Positions 33,085-41,910 of a stretch of DNA of 45,953 nucleotides are shown here, one piece after another. Within the stretch, counting starts at the first letter, position 1, and each line of letters begins with the position of its first letter. The notes beneath the pieces are model-generated. The model made no database searches and was not told where the DNA came from. It was given only the letters and a program-made list of their open reading frames with translations. A program made the position numbers and the translations under genes. This DNA comes from a virus, in the IMG/VR virus record IMGVR_UViG_3300045988_051183. One strand, written 5' to 3'.

Positions 33085-33653
33085 AAGTAAAAAGAATGAT
33101 TAAGTCTGACGTTGATACTTTTAAGGTTGGAGATATTATCAAGGTCAAACTCACGGACGGTGTGAAGGTGCAGGCTATGGCTATGCAGCAGGAAGAGGAC
33201 GGCATGATTTTCTGCCTGGTTGATTGCCTGCCTGGTGAGTACCCGATGAACAGCACCCGTACCAATGAAGGAGGTTACGAAGAGAGTGACCTGCGTAAGA
33301 AGCTGAATGGTGAGATTCTGAATCTCTTCCCGGCAGAACTCAAGGCTATGATGGCTCCGTTTGACAACGGTGATTTGCTCCGTCTGCCGACTGAGAAAGA
33401 GATTTTCGGAGAGAACTACTACGGTGAGTACGAAAGCCCGTATGTGAAGCAGTGGAAGCCTATGAAGAAGCGTAGAAACCGTATGGCGTTCGATGGCAGC
33501 AAGGATGAGAACTTACAGTGGTACTGGCTGATGAACAAGGTCAGAGAATCCGCCGCTAGCTTCGCTAGAGTGTACAGCGGCGGGCATGCTAGCCATGGCG
33601 GCGCTTCTTACTCTCTTGGCGTTCGCCCCGCTTTCAAAATCAAGAATCGTTAA
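33081..33653 (+). CDS. DGR target 2: small early-operon protein with a C-terminal variable region
   Basis: The C-terminus WYWLMNKVRESAASFARVYSGGHASHGGASYSLGVRPAFKIKNR carries VR2. GGAGGA SD. No signal peptide or tail-attachment domain was recognised. Confidence 0.85.
   Translation: MKVKRMIKSDVDTFKVGDIIKVKLTDGVKVQAMAMQQEEDGMIFCLVDCLPGEYPMNSTRTNEGGYEESDLRKKLNGEILNLFPAELKAMMAPFDNGDLLRLPTEKEIFGENYYGEYESPYVKQWKPMKKRRNRMAFDGSKDENLQWYWLMNKVRESAASFARVYSGGHASHGGASYSLGVRPAFKIKNR
33550..33635 (+). repeat. Variable repeat VR2
   Basis: Gapless 86-nt alignment to TR. There are 19 differences, 17 of them at TR adenines. The codon phase is the same as VR1. Confidence 0.9.
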
Positions 33654-33654
33654 T

Positions 33655-33677
33655 CTGCACCTCCTTGTGAGGTGCAG
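33655..33677 (+). promoter_or_regulatory. Hairpin downstream of VR2 (ctgcacctc CTTGT gaggtgcag)
   Basis: 9-bp stem and the same CTTGT loop as the VR1 hairpin, with one compensatory base-pair change. It lies 19 nt after the VR2 end. Confidence 0.75.
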
Positions 33678-33692
33678 TGGGAGCAGAAGCCT

Positions 33693-34133
33693 ATGAAACA
33701 AGTGAACAAAACAATGGGAAACCACTTTGAAGAGGAACTGTGTGAACTTCTGGCAGAGCAAGGTTTCTGGGCGCACAATCTGGCACAAAACCAGGTAGGA
33801 CAACCCGCAGACGTGCTTGCGGTTCGGGACAACATAGCAATCTTGATTGACTGCAAGGTATGTTCTAACAACCGCTTCCCGTTATCCCGGATTGAACCAA
33901 ACCAGGAAGCGGCTATGACCATGTGGGAAGCCCAGGGCAATGAGCATTGCTACTTCGCTATGAAGCTGAATGACGGACAGATATATATGATTCACTTCGA
34001 TGAGTTATGTCTGCGGCAGCTTTACGGGCAGGGCAGCATTACAGAGTCAGAGTTTCCAGAGTACAAGACCTTTCAAGAGTGGTTGGAGGAAATGGATGTT
34101 TATAGAAATCGGGAGCCGATTGAAAATCCTTGA
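33693..34133 (+). CDS. PD-(D/E)xK nuclease, Hjc-type Holliday junction resolvase-like
   Basis: GNHFEEELCELLAEQGF..PADVLAV..AILIDCK fits the GxxFE / D / (D/E)xK arrangement. The ORF-track GTG 33672 lies inside the VR2 hairpin. Confidence 0.55.
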   Translation: MKQVNKTMGNHFEEELCELLAEQGFWAHNLAQNQVGQPADVLAVRDNIAILIDCKVCSNNRFPLSRIEPNQEAAMTMWEAQGNEHCYFAMKLNDGQIYMIHFDELCLRQLYGQGSITESEFPEYKTFQEWLEEMDVYRNREPIENP

Positions 34134-35481
34134 CCCCTCACCCGAACTGATTAAGTGGTGCAAAGAGAATCTGGAAATGACAAACCCAGAGTATCAGCAA
34201 AAAGCACGAATGCACCTGTGGCTTGGGAATACCCCACGAACACTTTATCTCTATGAGGTAAATGGAAATAGCTTGATTCTCCCATTCGGGTGTCTGAGAG
34301 CAATCCTGCCGCTTCTGGAAGGAGATATGAAGAAGCTGTTCAAAGAGCCGAAGAAGGTTGACTACGGCGGTAAGGTTCCGCTGTATGACTACCAGGAAGA
34401 AGCAGTTGCGGCAATGCTGATAAACCACTACGGCATTCTACAATCCCCTGCCGGGTCTGGTAAGACTCAGATGGGAATTGCCCTGGCGTGTGCGTTAGGG
34501 GTAAAAACCCTCTGGCTGACACACACCAAAGACCTGCTGACGCAGAGCAAGAGCCGTGCAGAACAGTATGTTGATTCAGAACTACTGGGAACGATAACCG
34601 AAGGGAAGGTTAATATCGGCAAGGCTATGACCTTCGCCACAATCCAGACCATGTGCAAATTGGACTTAGACCAATATAGAGATGAGTGGGACTGCGTGAT
34701 TGTGGACGAGTGTCACAGAGTAAGCGGTACACCTACAGCGGTAACCCAATTCTCAAAGGTACTGAATACGCTGTGTGCCAGACATAAGTTCGGGCTGTCA
34801 GCAACCGTCCATCGTTCGGACGGGATGATAAAAGCAACCTACGCAATGTTGGGTCAAGTAGTATGGACTGTTCCAGACGAAGCAGTGAAGTCCAGGGTTA
34901 TGACAGTGAGTGTCCTGCCGAAAGGTACGAACGTAAAACTGAGTCCTGCTTATCTGAACAGTGATGGCACAATTAACTACTGCAAAATGATTACCTACCT
35001 CACAGAATGTGAGAGCCGAAACAAGATTATTCTTGATGACCTGGTTGAGAACCGTGAGCATTTCAATCTGATTCTATCAGAAAGGGTTGACCATCTTAAA
35101 TACCTGTATGAGCAGTTACCTTTGAAACTAAGGGCGCAAGCAGCGGTGATAGATGGAAAGATGACCAGTAAGAAGCGGAAAGCTGAACGGGAACAGGCTA
35201 TTGAGGATATGAGGACTGGCAAGAAACGGTATCTGTTTGCAACATATTCCCTGGCAAAAGAAGGTCTGGACATTCCCAGACTGGACAGATTGTACCTAAC
35301 AACCCCCCAGAAAGATTATGCGGTGATAGTTCAGAGCGTGGGACGTATCGCCCGAACCTTTGACGGTAAGGAGCAGCCGATAGCTTATGACTATGTAGAC
35401 TGCATACGGTCATTGCAGAAATCTTTCAAACAACGCTGCACCAGTTACAGGAAGTGCGGGTGCGAATTTATAGGAGATTGA
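34096..35481 (+). CDS. SF2 DEAD/DEAH-box DNA helicase
   Basis: LYDYQEEAV, PAGSGKTQ (motif I), VIVDECHRV (motif II), LSATVHR (motif III), QSVGRIAR (motif VI). ATG 34096 follows GGAGGA. Confidence 0.85.
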   Translation: MFIEIGSRLKILDPSPELIKWCKENLEMTNPEYQQKARMHLWLGNTPRTLYLYEVNGNSLILPFGCLRAILPLLEGDMKKLFKEPKKVDYGGKVPLYDYQEEAVAAMLINHYGILQSPAGSGKTQMGIALACALGVKTLWLTHTKDLLTQSKSRAEQYVDSELLGTITEGKVNIGKAMTFATIQTMCKLDLDQYRDEWDCVIVDECHRVSGTPTAVTQFSKVLNTLCARHKFGLSATVHRSDGMIKATYAMLGQVVWTVPDEAVKSRVMTVSVLPKGTNVKLSPAYLNSDGTINYCKMITYLTECESRNKIILDDLVENREHFNLILSERVDHLKYLYEQLPLKLRAQAAVIDGKMTSKKRKAEREQAIEDMRTGKKRYLFATYSLAKEGLDIPRLDRLYLTTPQKDYAVIVQSVGRIARTFDGKEQPIAYDYVDCIRSLQKSFKQRCTSYRKCGCEFIGD

Positions 35482-35482
35482 C

Positions 35483-35869
35483 ATGAAGAATAAAGTTCTG
35501 AAAACAATCGGATATATCGTGGGCATAACGTGGCTGTTCACTGCCTGCGCTCTGGATGATGAAGTCTACGGGATGACAATGCTTCTCATCAATGTCCTCT
35601 GTACTGCATACCTGGCACTGTTCTCCTGGGCAAATAACTGGTGGTATGACTTGGAGGACTACGAAGATGAAGATGACGAAGAGTATGAAGAACCACTTCA
35701 CTACTGCTCAACTTCTTCTGGACGGCGTGGAAGAGAGTATGGGAGCCACACCCGACAAGTGGGGCATAATTCCTCCCGAACACTCCAAAGCGTCAATGAT
35801 TCGCCGCTGCGTACAGGCAAGACAAGAAATCTTGCAGGTACAAAAGGCTCTGGAAGAAGGGCGGTGTGA
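35483..35869 (+). CDS. Small membrane protein with an acidic tail (3' extent doubtful)
   Basis: Two hydrophobic segments, then DLEDYEDEDDEEYEE. The last roughly 55 codons are Arg/Ser/Gly-rich and overlap a better-looking frame. Confidence 0.45.
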   Translation: MKNKVLKTIGYIVGITWLFTACALDDEVYGMTMLLINVLCTAYLALFSWANNWWYDLEDYEDEDDEEYEEPLHYCSTSSGRRGREYGSHTRQVGHNSSRTLQSVNDSPLRTGKTRNLAGTKGSGRRAV

Positions 35870-35879
35870 CGATGGTTGA
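35667..35879 (+). CDS. Hypothetical protein (70 aa) in an alternative frame
   Basis: GGAGGA at 35653-35658 lies 8 nt before ATG 35667. Sequence MKMTKSMKNHFTTAQLLLDGVEESMGATPDKWGIIPPEHSKASMIRRCVQARQEILQVQKALEEGRCDDG. Confidence 0.5.
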   Translation: MKMTKSMKNHFTTAQLLLDGVEESMGATPDKWGIIPPEHSKASMIRRCVQARQEILQVQKALEEGRCDDG

Positions 35880-37845
35880 GGGAACCTACATATTCGACTG
35901 TGAGGTATTTGCTCATGACTGGCTGTTTGTGTTCAAAGAAGTAGCCACGGGAGAGTACACGGTTATCTGGAATGACAATGATGAAGTTCTGGCTTTCATG
36001 GAGCGCAACCCGTATCTGGGCGGCTTCAACAACAAGCACTACGATAACCACATACTCAAGGCAGTTATGTGTGGGTTCACCCCGGAACAGGTGAAGGAGA
36101 TAAATGACCTCATCATCGTTCACGAATTAAACGGGTGGGACATTCCTGCTCTGAGAGAGTACCGGGTCTATTTTGACAGCTTTGACCTCAAGGATGATTG
36201 CCAGGACGGTGTATCCCTTAAAGGGATTGAAGCCCACCTGGGTATTCCGATTGAGGAAACAGAGGTTGATTTCAATGTTGACCATGTTCTCTCTGAATCA
36301 GAAAAGGCACAGACTACTTACTACTGTAAGTACGATGTGGACGCAACGGAGATTCTTTTCAAGTTGCGGCAAGGCTATCTGGACAACAAGGCGGCTGTAG
36401 GCAGGAAGCGTGGTCTGACAGACAGACAGGCTATGTACATGACTAATGCCAAACTGACAAGCGTGTACCTGCAAGCCCAGAAACCAGAGAAGCCATGGAC
36501 AGACGAAAGAGATTATCAGTACCCGGACAAGCTGCTTCGGCAGTACATTCCGCAGGAAGTGTTTGACTTCTTTGACAAGCTGCATGACCCGAACATTCCG
36601 AACTACCTTCTGTTTGGTGGCTACGATGAACAAGGTGTGAAGCACAAGGGAGCCGCCCTGGACTTTTCCATTGGTGAGTGCAAATGCACGATAGCCTACG
36701 GAGGTATCCACGGTGCAATTCCTACTTATGTGGAAGAAGCTACTGAGGGCAGGTCAATCCGAAACAAGGACGTGGCAAGTTATTACCCGCACTTGATGAC
36801 CATTCCTCTCTCAAAGGGACAGAAATACGGCTTCTGTAGTCGCAATATTCCTTCCCCGCAGGTGTATGTAGATACCTTGGAAGAGAGAGTACAGGCGAAG
36901 AAAGCCGGGGATAAGGTCACGGCAAACGCTCTGAAACTGGTACTGAACACAACCTACGGAACCATGCTTAACGGTAAAGATGGCGTGGCTTTCAATGACC
37001 TGTATGACCCTCTGATGGGACGTTCAGTCTGTATCACAGGACAGCTTCTCCTACTGGAACTGTCAATGCACTTGGTCAGTGAGTGTCCGACTCTTAAAAT
37101 CATTCAGCTTAATACGGATGGTATCATGGTGAGTTTCGACAACTCCGATGAAGCAAAATGGCAGGAAATCACCCAGGAATGGCAGGACAGAACCGGGTTT
37201 GAACTGGAAGAGGATTTCATTCAGAAAATCGTGCAGCGGGATGTGAACAACTACGTTGAGGTTCCCGTGGGTGACGGTAAGCCGAAGGTCAAGGGCGGCG
37301 CACTGGTAAGAGGTATTCTGACCAATGCAAACATTGACTTCACCAAAATGGGACTCCCTGCCTGGGAGAACATGAGTGGTGGTGCATGGAATATCAACAA
37401 CAATGCGGTTATAGTCGCACGGGCAATTCAGGATTACTTTGTAAAGGGTGTAGACCCAGAAGAAACGATAATGGCAAGTAAGAATATCCTGGACTTCCAG
37501 GTGATTGCAAAGGTTGGAGGTAAATATTCCGGGTGCTATCAGATGGTGGGTGAAGATAAGGTTCCTGTACAGAAAGTCAACAGGGTATATGCCACGGCAG
37601 ACAGACGGTATGGAACCATCTACAAAACTCACGCTGTAACAGGCAAGGACGCAAAGGTTCCCAGTCTGCCAGTTCACTGTATGGTAGACAACAATAATGA
37701 GTTGTCTATTGATGTGGTAGACCGCAACTGGTATCTGAAACTGGCACAGAAGAACATTCGTGAGTTCCTGGGTGTGAAACCACCACGGAAGAATACAAGG
37801 AGAATCAATTCCTTGAAAAAGAAATCTTTAGCATTATTCGATTAA
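35866..37845 (+). CDS. Family B DNA polymerase with 3'-5' exonuclease domain
   Basis: Exo motifs FDCEVF, NNKHYDNHIL and YCKYDVDAT. Polymerase motifs DVASYYPHLM, KLVLNTTYG and LNTDGIMV. The start is GTG 35866 or ATG 35872. Confidence 0.85.
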   Translation: MTMVEGTYIFDCEVFAHDWLFVFKEVATGEYTVIWNDNDEVLAFMERNPYLGGFNNKHYDNHILKAVMCGFTPEQVKEINDLIIVHELNGWDIPALREYRVYFDSFDLKDDCQDGVSLKGIEAHLGIPIEETEVDFNVDHVLSESEKAQTTYYCKYDVDATEILFKLRQGYLDNKAAVGRKRGLTDRQAMYMTNAKLTSVYLQAQKPEKPWTDERDYQYPDKLLRQYIPQEVFDFFDKLHDPNIPNYLLFGGYDEQGVKHKGAALDFSIGECKCTIAYGGIHGAIPTYVEEATEGRSIRNKDVASYYPHLMTIPLSKGQKYGFCSRNIPSPQVYVDTLEERVQAKKAGDKVTANALKLVLNTTYGTMLNGKDGVAFNDLYDPLMGRSVCITGQLLLLELSMHLVSECPTLKIIQLNTDGIMVSFDNSDEAKWQEITQEWQDRTGFELEEDFIQKIVQRDVNNYVEVPVGDGKPKVKGGALVRGILTNANIDFTKMGLPAWENMSGGAWNINNNAVIVARAIQDYFVKGVDPEETIMASKNILDFQVIAKVGGKYSGCYQMVGEDKVPVQKVNRVYATADRRYGTIYKTHAVTGKDAKVPSLPVHCMVDNNNELSIDVVDRNWYLKLAQKNIREFLGVKPPRKNTRRINSLKKKSLALFD

Positions 37846-37858
37846 GGAGGATAAGACA

Positions 37859-38029
37859 ATGGAAGAAAAAAAAATTAGCAAGGTTGAGTTCGATGAAGCA
37901 GTGAAGCAGGCAATTCACGAACAGGTCAATGACCCGAACATTGAGGGTATGGGCAAGCTGCTCATTCCGATGACGGGTATGCTGTTCGCAACTAAAGTAA
38001 AAGAGATTCTGTTCGGTAAGGAGGACTAA
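37859..38029 (+). CDS. Hypothetical small protein (56 aa)
   Basis: AAGGAGG SD. Hand translation begins MEEKKISKVEFDEAVKQAIHEQVNDPNIEGMGKLLIPMTGMLFATKVKEILFGKED. Confidence 0.55.
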   Translation: MEEKKISKVEFDEAVKQAIHEQVNDPNIEGMGKLLIPMTGMLFATKVKEILFGKED

Positions 38030-38033
38030 GATT

Positions 38034-38543
38034 ATGAAATTCAGTGAAGCTGAAAAAGCACTCAAGGCAGGCAAGAAGATTAAGTTACCTAAGTGGGAGA
38101 AAGCCTACTGGTACATGAACCAGGACGGTGAACTCATCAACCATTTTGAGGAAGGTGAGGAACTTCCGACTATCGCACTCTTCCCTCATGACATGATTTG
38201 GGTCACCCGTGATGATTGGGAAATCGTGCAGGAGGGTGAGCCGAAGAACGTCAACGAACCTGCGGGTGAGATGAAGAAGCTGCGTAACTTCGGATGGGCG
38301 ATTGCCGCTCTCAAGGACGGTAAGAAGGTAGCCCGCCAGAACTGGAACGGCAAGGGTATGTTCCTCTTCCTGGCACATAGCATGGATATTACAACGGACG
38401 CTGACCTTTCTTGCGTGAAAGACCTTGAAGGTGACCTGGTATCCCCGTCCATCGTTATGAAAACTGCTGATGACCGTTTCTGCGTTGGTTGGCTTGCAAG
38501 TCAGACAGATATGCTTGCGGATGATTGGTACGAAGTTCAGTAA
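38034..38543 (+). CDS. DUF2829-family protein (Tad2-like), apparently two tandem repeats
   Basis: FGWAIAALKDGKKVARQNWNGKGMFLFL..PSIVMKTADDRFCVGWLASQTDMLADDWYEV is a typical DUF2829 pattern. The N-terminal half FSEAEKALKAGKKIKLPKW..DDWEIV repeats it. Confidence 0.75.
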   Translation: MKFSEAEKALKAGKKIKLPKWEKAYWYMNQDGELINHFEEGEELPTIALFPHDMIWVTRDDWEIVQEGEPKNVNEPAGEMKKLRNFGWAIAALKDGKKVARQNWNGKGMFLFLAHSMDITTDADLSCVKDLEGDLVSPSIVMKTADDRFCVGWLASQTDMLADDWYEVQ

Positions 38544-38563
38544 AGATAAGGAGGACATTAGCA

Positions 38564-39313
38564 ATGGCTAATATTTATGAAGCAATGAACGTGCGCCAGA
38601 AGTTGGCGAAAGCAAGACTGTACTTTCTGAATCAGAAGGTGCAGAAGTCGGGTAAGAATATGCACCTTGAGTTCAAGTATTTTGAGTTGGAGGACATTGT
38701 GCCGCCTGCAACCCGTATCTTCGCCCGTGTGGGTCTTACCACGGAGATTGATTTTACGGATGAGGGTGCTGTGATGAAGGTCTACAACGTGGACAGCATT
38801 GAGGAAGCACCTATGCAGTTCCGTGTTCCGTACCGTGAGGTGAAGCCGATTGTGAGCAATGCAGGCAAGGAAGTCACCAACCCCATGCAGGCTCTCGGCT
38901 CTTCTATCACCTACCTGCGCCGTTACCTCTGGATGGCGGTTCTGGATATTACTGAACCCGATGACATTGACGCAAACCTTGGTTCTGATGACCAGGCAGA
39001 GGAAGAAGAGATTCCTGCTCCGAACCCGGAAACGGCTAAGAAGGAGAAGAAAAAGAAGTCTGCTGCACCTGCTACTCCGAAGGAGCGTGAGGAAGCGAAG
39101 AAGGAAATGACGGGTACTGACGGACAGGCTGATGAGTTGCAGATTAAAGCACTCAAGGAAGCCTGCAAGACTCTGATGGACAAGGATTCCGACCAGGAAG
39201 AGTTTGTTCAGCAGATTGCCATGAAAACCAATGGTTTCACCAATGTCACCCGTGCAGCGTGTGAGCAGCTTATTCAGAACCTTGGTGAGATGATTGCCGC
39301 CTACGGTGAGTAA
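38564..39313 (+). CDS. erf: ERF-family single-strand annealing recombinase
   Basis: KNMHLEFKYFELEDI and ALGSSITYLRRYLWMAVL motifs, with an acidic/basic low-complexity C-terminus. ATG 38564 follows AAGGAGGA. Confidence 0.8.
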   Translation: MANIYEAMNVRQKLAKARLYFLNQKVQKSGKNMHLEFKYFELEDIVPPATRIFARVGLTTEIDFTDEGAVMKVYNVDSIEEAPMQFRVPYREVKPIVSNAGKEVTNPMQALGSSITYLRRYLWMAVLDITEPDDIDANLGSDDQAEEEEIPAPNPETAKKEKKKKSAAPATPKEREEAKKEMTGTDGQADELQIKALKEACKTLMDKDSDQEEFVQQIAMKTNGFTNVTRAACEQLIQNLGEMIAAYGE

Positions 39314-39326
39314 GGAGGGCTGAGTC

Positions 39327-39566
39327 ATGGCTGACAATGTAAACCATCCCGCTCATTACGAAACCGGGAAGTTTGAGTGCATTGACGTTATGGTGGAAAC
39401 CCAGGGAGTAGAAGCCACGCAGAACTTCTGCGTGTGCAACGCTCTCAAGTACGTGTATAGGCACAAGAAGAAAAACGGCATAGAGGATTTACAGAAAGCA
39501 ATCTGGTATCTGAACAAAGCCGTTGAGTTGGAGGAAGCGAAGAATGACAAAACGACAAATCATTAA
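39327..39566 (+). CDS. DUF3310-family protein
   Basis: NHPAHY..ECIDV..NALKYVYRHKKKNGIEDLQKAIWYL matches the DUF3310 pattern. Confidence 0.7.
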   Translation: MADNVNHPAHYETGKFECIDVMVETQGVEATQNFCVCNALKYVYRHKKKNGIEDLQKAIWYLNKAVELEEAKNDKTTNH

Positions 39567-40122
39567 GTGGTTGGAGTCGCAGAGCGAAAAGGCATTAGCC
39601 GAAGTAGAAACTCAGAGTGAAAAGGCTCTCAACACTTACTATGCAGAGAGAAATGAGAGAATCGGTCTGGAAGATACGGCAACCAGTATTGCCGCTCTCA
39701 TGCAGCAGGCTTACAGTCTGACTGAATCCTTTAAAGAGAAGGTGAAAGCAGAATATCCGGGAGTTAATACCCTCTGTGGTTACTATGGTTCTATCTCTTA
39801 CAAACTGGCAAATATGAGTTCTCAAGCGGAAATTCGTTCCTGTTTACTCAAAGAGTTTGAGGACGGAAGAACGGAAATCAGAAAGGGTATCAAAGCCCGA
39901 AAGAATGAAATGATTAAGGGTATTACCGATAACTACAGAAATGTGATTGCCAATGTAAGCAACATGAAGAATGCAAAACTGGCAATGGAATATCTCAAGA
40001 GTCTTGGGTTTGACTTGAGTGACCTGGTAAAAGCCGATGAAAACCCTGTGACCACGGCATTGTCCGTGGAAGTGGATACACGATTTCTGTTCATAGGAGG
40101 TAAGAAAAATGAAGTGGAATGA
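39544..40122 (+). CDS. Hypothetical protein
   Basis: ORF overlapping the previous stop. No family was recognised. Confidence 0.5.
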   Translation: MTKRQIIKWLESQSEKALAEVETQSEKALNTYYAERNERIGLEDTATSIAALMQQAYSLTESFKEKVKAEYPGVNTLCGYYGSISYKLANMSSQAEIRSCLLKEFEDGRTEIRKGIKARKNEMIKGITDNYRNVIANVSNMKNAKLAMEYLKSLGFDLSDLVKADENPVTTALSVEVDTRFLFIGGKKNEVE

Positions 40123-41161
40123 TGATAAGACCATCACTATCACCCCGCCGAAGCGTCCTAAGAAGATTACGGGTACACGCTTTGCGGCGATTATGGGACT
40201 GAACAAGTGGACAACCCCGTTCAACGCCTGGTGTGCAATCACCAGAACCTACGAAGAGCCGTTTGAGGATACAATCTATACCGTTGCAGGTAAGACGATT
40301 GAGCCTAAGCAGGCTGAATTTATGAAGAAGTCCTATTTTATGACAAACCTCATCACACCTACGGATGTGTACGGGGCTGACTACTTCCAGAAAACCTGGG
40401 GTGACTTCTTCAAAGACAGTCCTATCTTCGGTGGTATGTGGGACTATCTTCTGGTTGACAAGGACGGCAAGCCTACTACGGTTCTTGAGATGAAAACCAC
40501 GAAGAGGTCAGAGGACTGGGTTGAGGATGTCCCGGAGTACTACGCTTTGCAGGCTGCGCTCTATGCGTATCTTCTGGGTGTAGATGACGTGATTATGGTA
40601 TGCAGTTTTCTGGGTGACAGGGACTATGAGAACCCGGACGCATATCAGTGTAGCACTGAGAACACCATCGTTCGCCCCTTCAAGTTGTCTGAGCGTTATC
40701 CCGAACTGAAAAAGACCATCAAGAAGGTTGAGAAGTGGTGGAAAACGCACGTTGAGGGCGGTGTTTCTCCGAAGTTCGATGAGAAAGCGGACGCAGACAT
40801 TCTGAAAGTCCTGCGTGATAACAACCTGTCCCCGGACACTGACATTGCTACTCTGGTTGCCGAAGCAGAGCAGTTGAAGAAACACATTGATGAGGTCAAA
40901 GGTACGGTAGCTGACGATGAGAAGAGGTATAAGACTATTACCGATATGCTCAAGAAGGAAGCTATCAGCCAGTTCAAGGAGGGCGATAAGACCGTTACTA
41001 TCAGCGGCGCTTCCTTTGACTGGGTTACCTCTAAGACCATGAAAGACCCTGGCTACGATATGGCGAAAATGCAGGAGGACGGCATTGATATTGAGAAGTA
41101 TCATGGCACACCCGAACCGCAGTACCGCTTTACTCCGAAAGCCAGAAAGGAGTCCGCATGA
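40109..41161 (+). CDS. YqaJ / lambda-exonuclease-like recombination exonuclease
   Basis: ITGTRFAAIMGLNKW, then GGMWDYLLVD..VLEMKTTK (PD-(D/E)xK) and YYALQAALYAYLLG. It is paired with ERF. Confidence 0.75.
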   Translation: MKWNDDKTITITPPKRPKKITGTRFAAIMGLNKWTTPFNAWCAITRTYEEPFEDTIYTVAGKTIEPKQAEFMKKSYFMTNLITPTDVYGADYFQKTWGDFFKDSPIFGGMWDYLLVDKDGKPTTVLEMKTTKRSEDWVEDVPEYYALQAALYAYLLGVDDVIMVCSFLGDRDYENPDAYQCSTENTIVRPFKLSERYPELKKTIKKVEKWWKTHVEGGVSPKFDEKADADILKVLRDNNLSPDTDIATLVAEAEQLKKHIDEVKGTVADDEKRYKTITDMLKKEAISQFKEGDKTVTISGASFDWVTSKTMKDPGYDMAKMQEDGIDIEKYHGTPEPQYRFTPKARKESA

Positions 41162-41910
41162 TAAGATACCTCAGTCTTTTTAGCGGAATTGGAGCGTTTG
41201 AGAAAGCACTGGATAATCTGGGTATTCCCTATGAACTGCTTGCTTATTGCGAAGTAGATAAATACGCCAGTAAAGCCTATTCTCTTCTGCACCATGTTCC
41301 CGAAAGCATGAATCTGGGGGATATTACCAAAGTGGACGAAAAGGCTCTGCCGACCGATATTGACCTACTTACATACGGTTTTCCTTGCCAGGACATTTCC
41401 ATTGCAGGAAACAAGCGTGGGTTCGTCAATGAGGACGGTACTAAAACCCGAAGCGGATTGTTCTTTGACGCATTGCGTATCATCGAACATTGCAAACCAA
41501 AAGTGGCTATTGCTGAGAACGTAAAGAATCTCACCAGTAAGAGCATGAGTTCTATATTCACTATCGTACTGGAAAGCCTGGATAATGCAGGTTATAACTG
41601 CTACTGGCAGGTTCTCAACAGCGCAGACTACGGTGTGCCGCAAGGGAGAGAGAGAGTATTCATTGTTTCCATCCGTAAGGACGTGGATGACCACTCTTTC
41701 CGATTCCCTCCTGTTATTCCGCTTGAGATGTGCATGGGTGACCTCTTAGATGAGGAAGTCCCGGCAGAGTTCTATTTATCTGAGGAAAAGACCCAGAGCG
41801 TCATAAGACATGACAGCAATCATCCCGGTCATATCGCAGACAGGGGGGGGACGTGTCCAACCTTACTGTCAAGGGACTATAAAGACCCGAAGGTGGTGAT
41901 TTGCCCATGA
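41158..41910 (+). CDS. DNA (cytosine-5) methyltransferase, N-terminal polypeptide (motifs I-VIII plus one TRD-like segment)
   Basis: LFSGIGAF (I), GFPCQDIS (IV), ENVKNL (VI), QGRERVFIV (VIII), then CPTLLSRDYKDPKVV. Confidence 0.9.
   Translation: MIRYLSLFSGIGAFEKALDNLGIPYELLAYCEVDKYASKAYSLLHHVPESMNLGDITKVDEKALPTDIDLLTYGFPCQDISIAGNKRGFVNEDGTKTRSGLFFDALRIIEHCKPKVAIAENVKNLTSKSMSSIFTIVLESLDNAGYNCYWQVLNSADYGVPQGRERVFIVSIRKDVDDHSFRFPPVIPLEMCMGDLLDEEVPAEFYLSEEKTQSVIRHDSNHPGHIADRGGTCPTLLSRDYKDPKVVICP

Noticed and set aside
41843-41910. The idea that a +1 G slip in the first G8 tract fuses the two methyltransferase ORFs
   Set aside because: This was checked by hand. After a G9 slip the reading frame hits TAA at 41880-41882, before reaching the second ORF. 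The protein motifs on both sides of each G8 tract are intact in the present frames. The split is therefore at the ATGA junction, not at the homopolymers.
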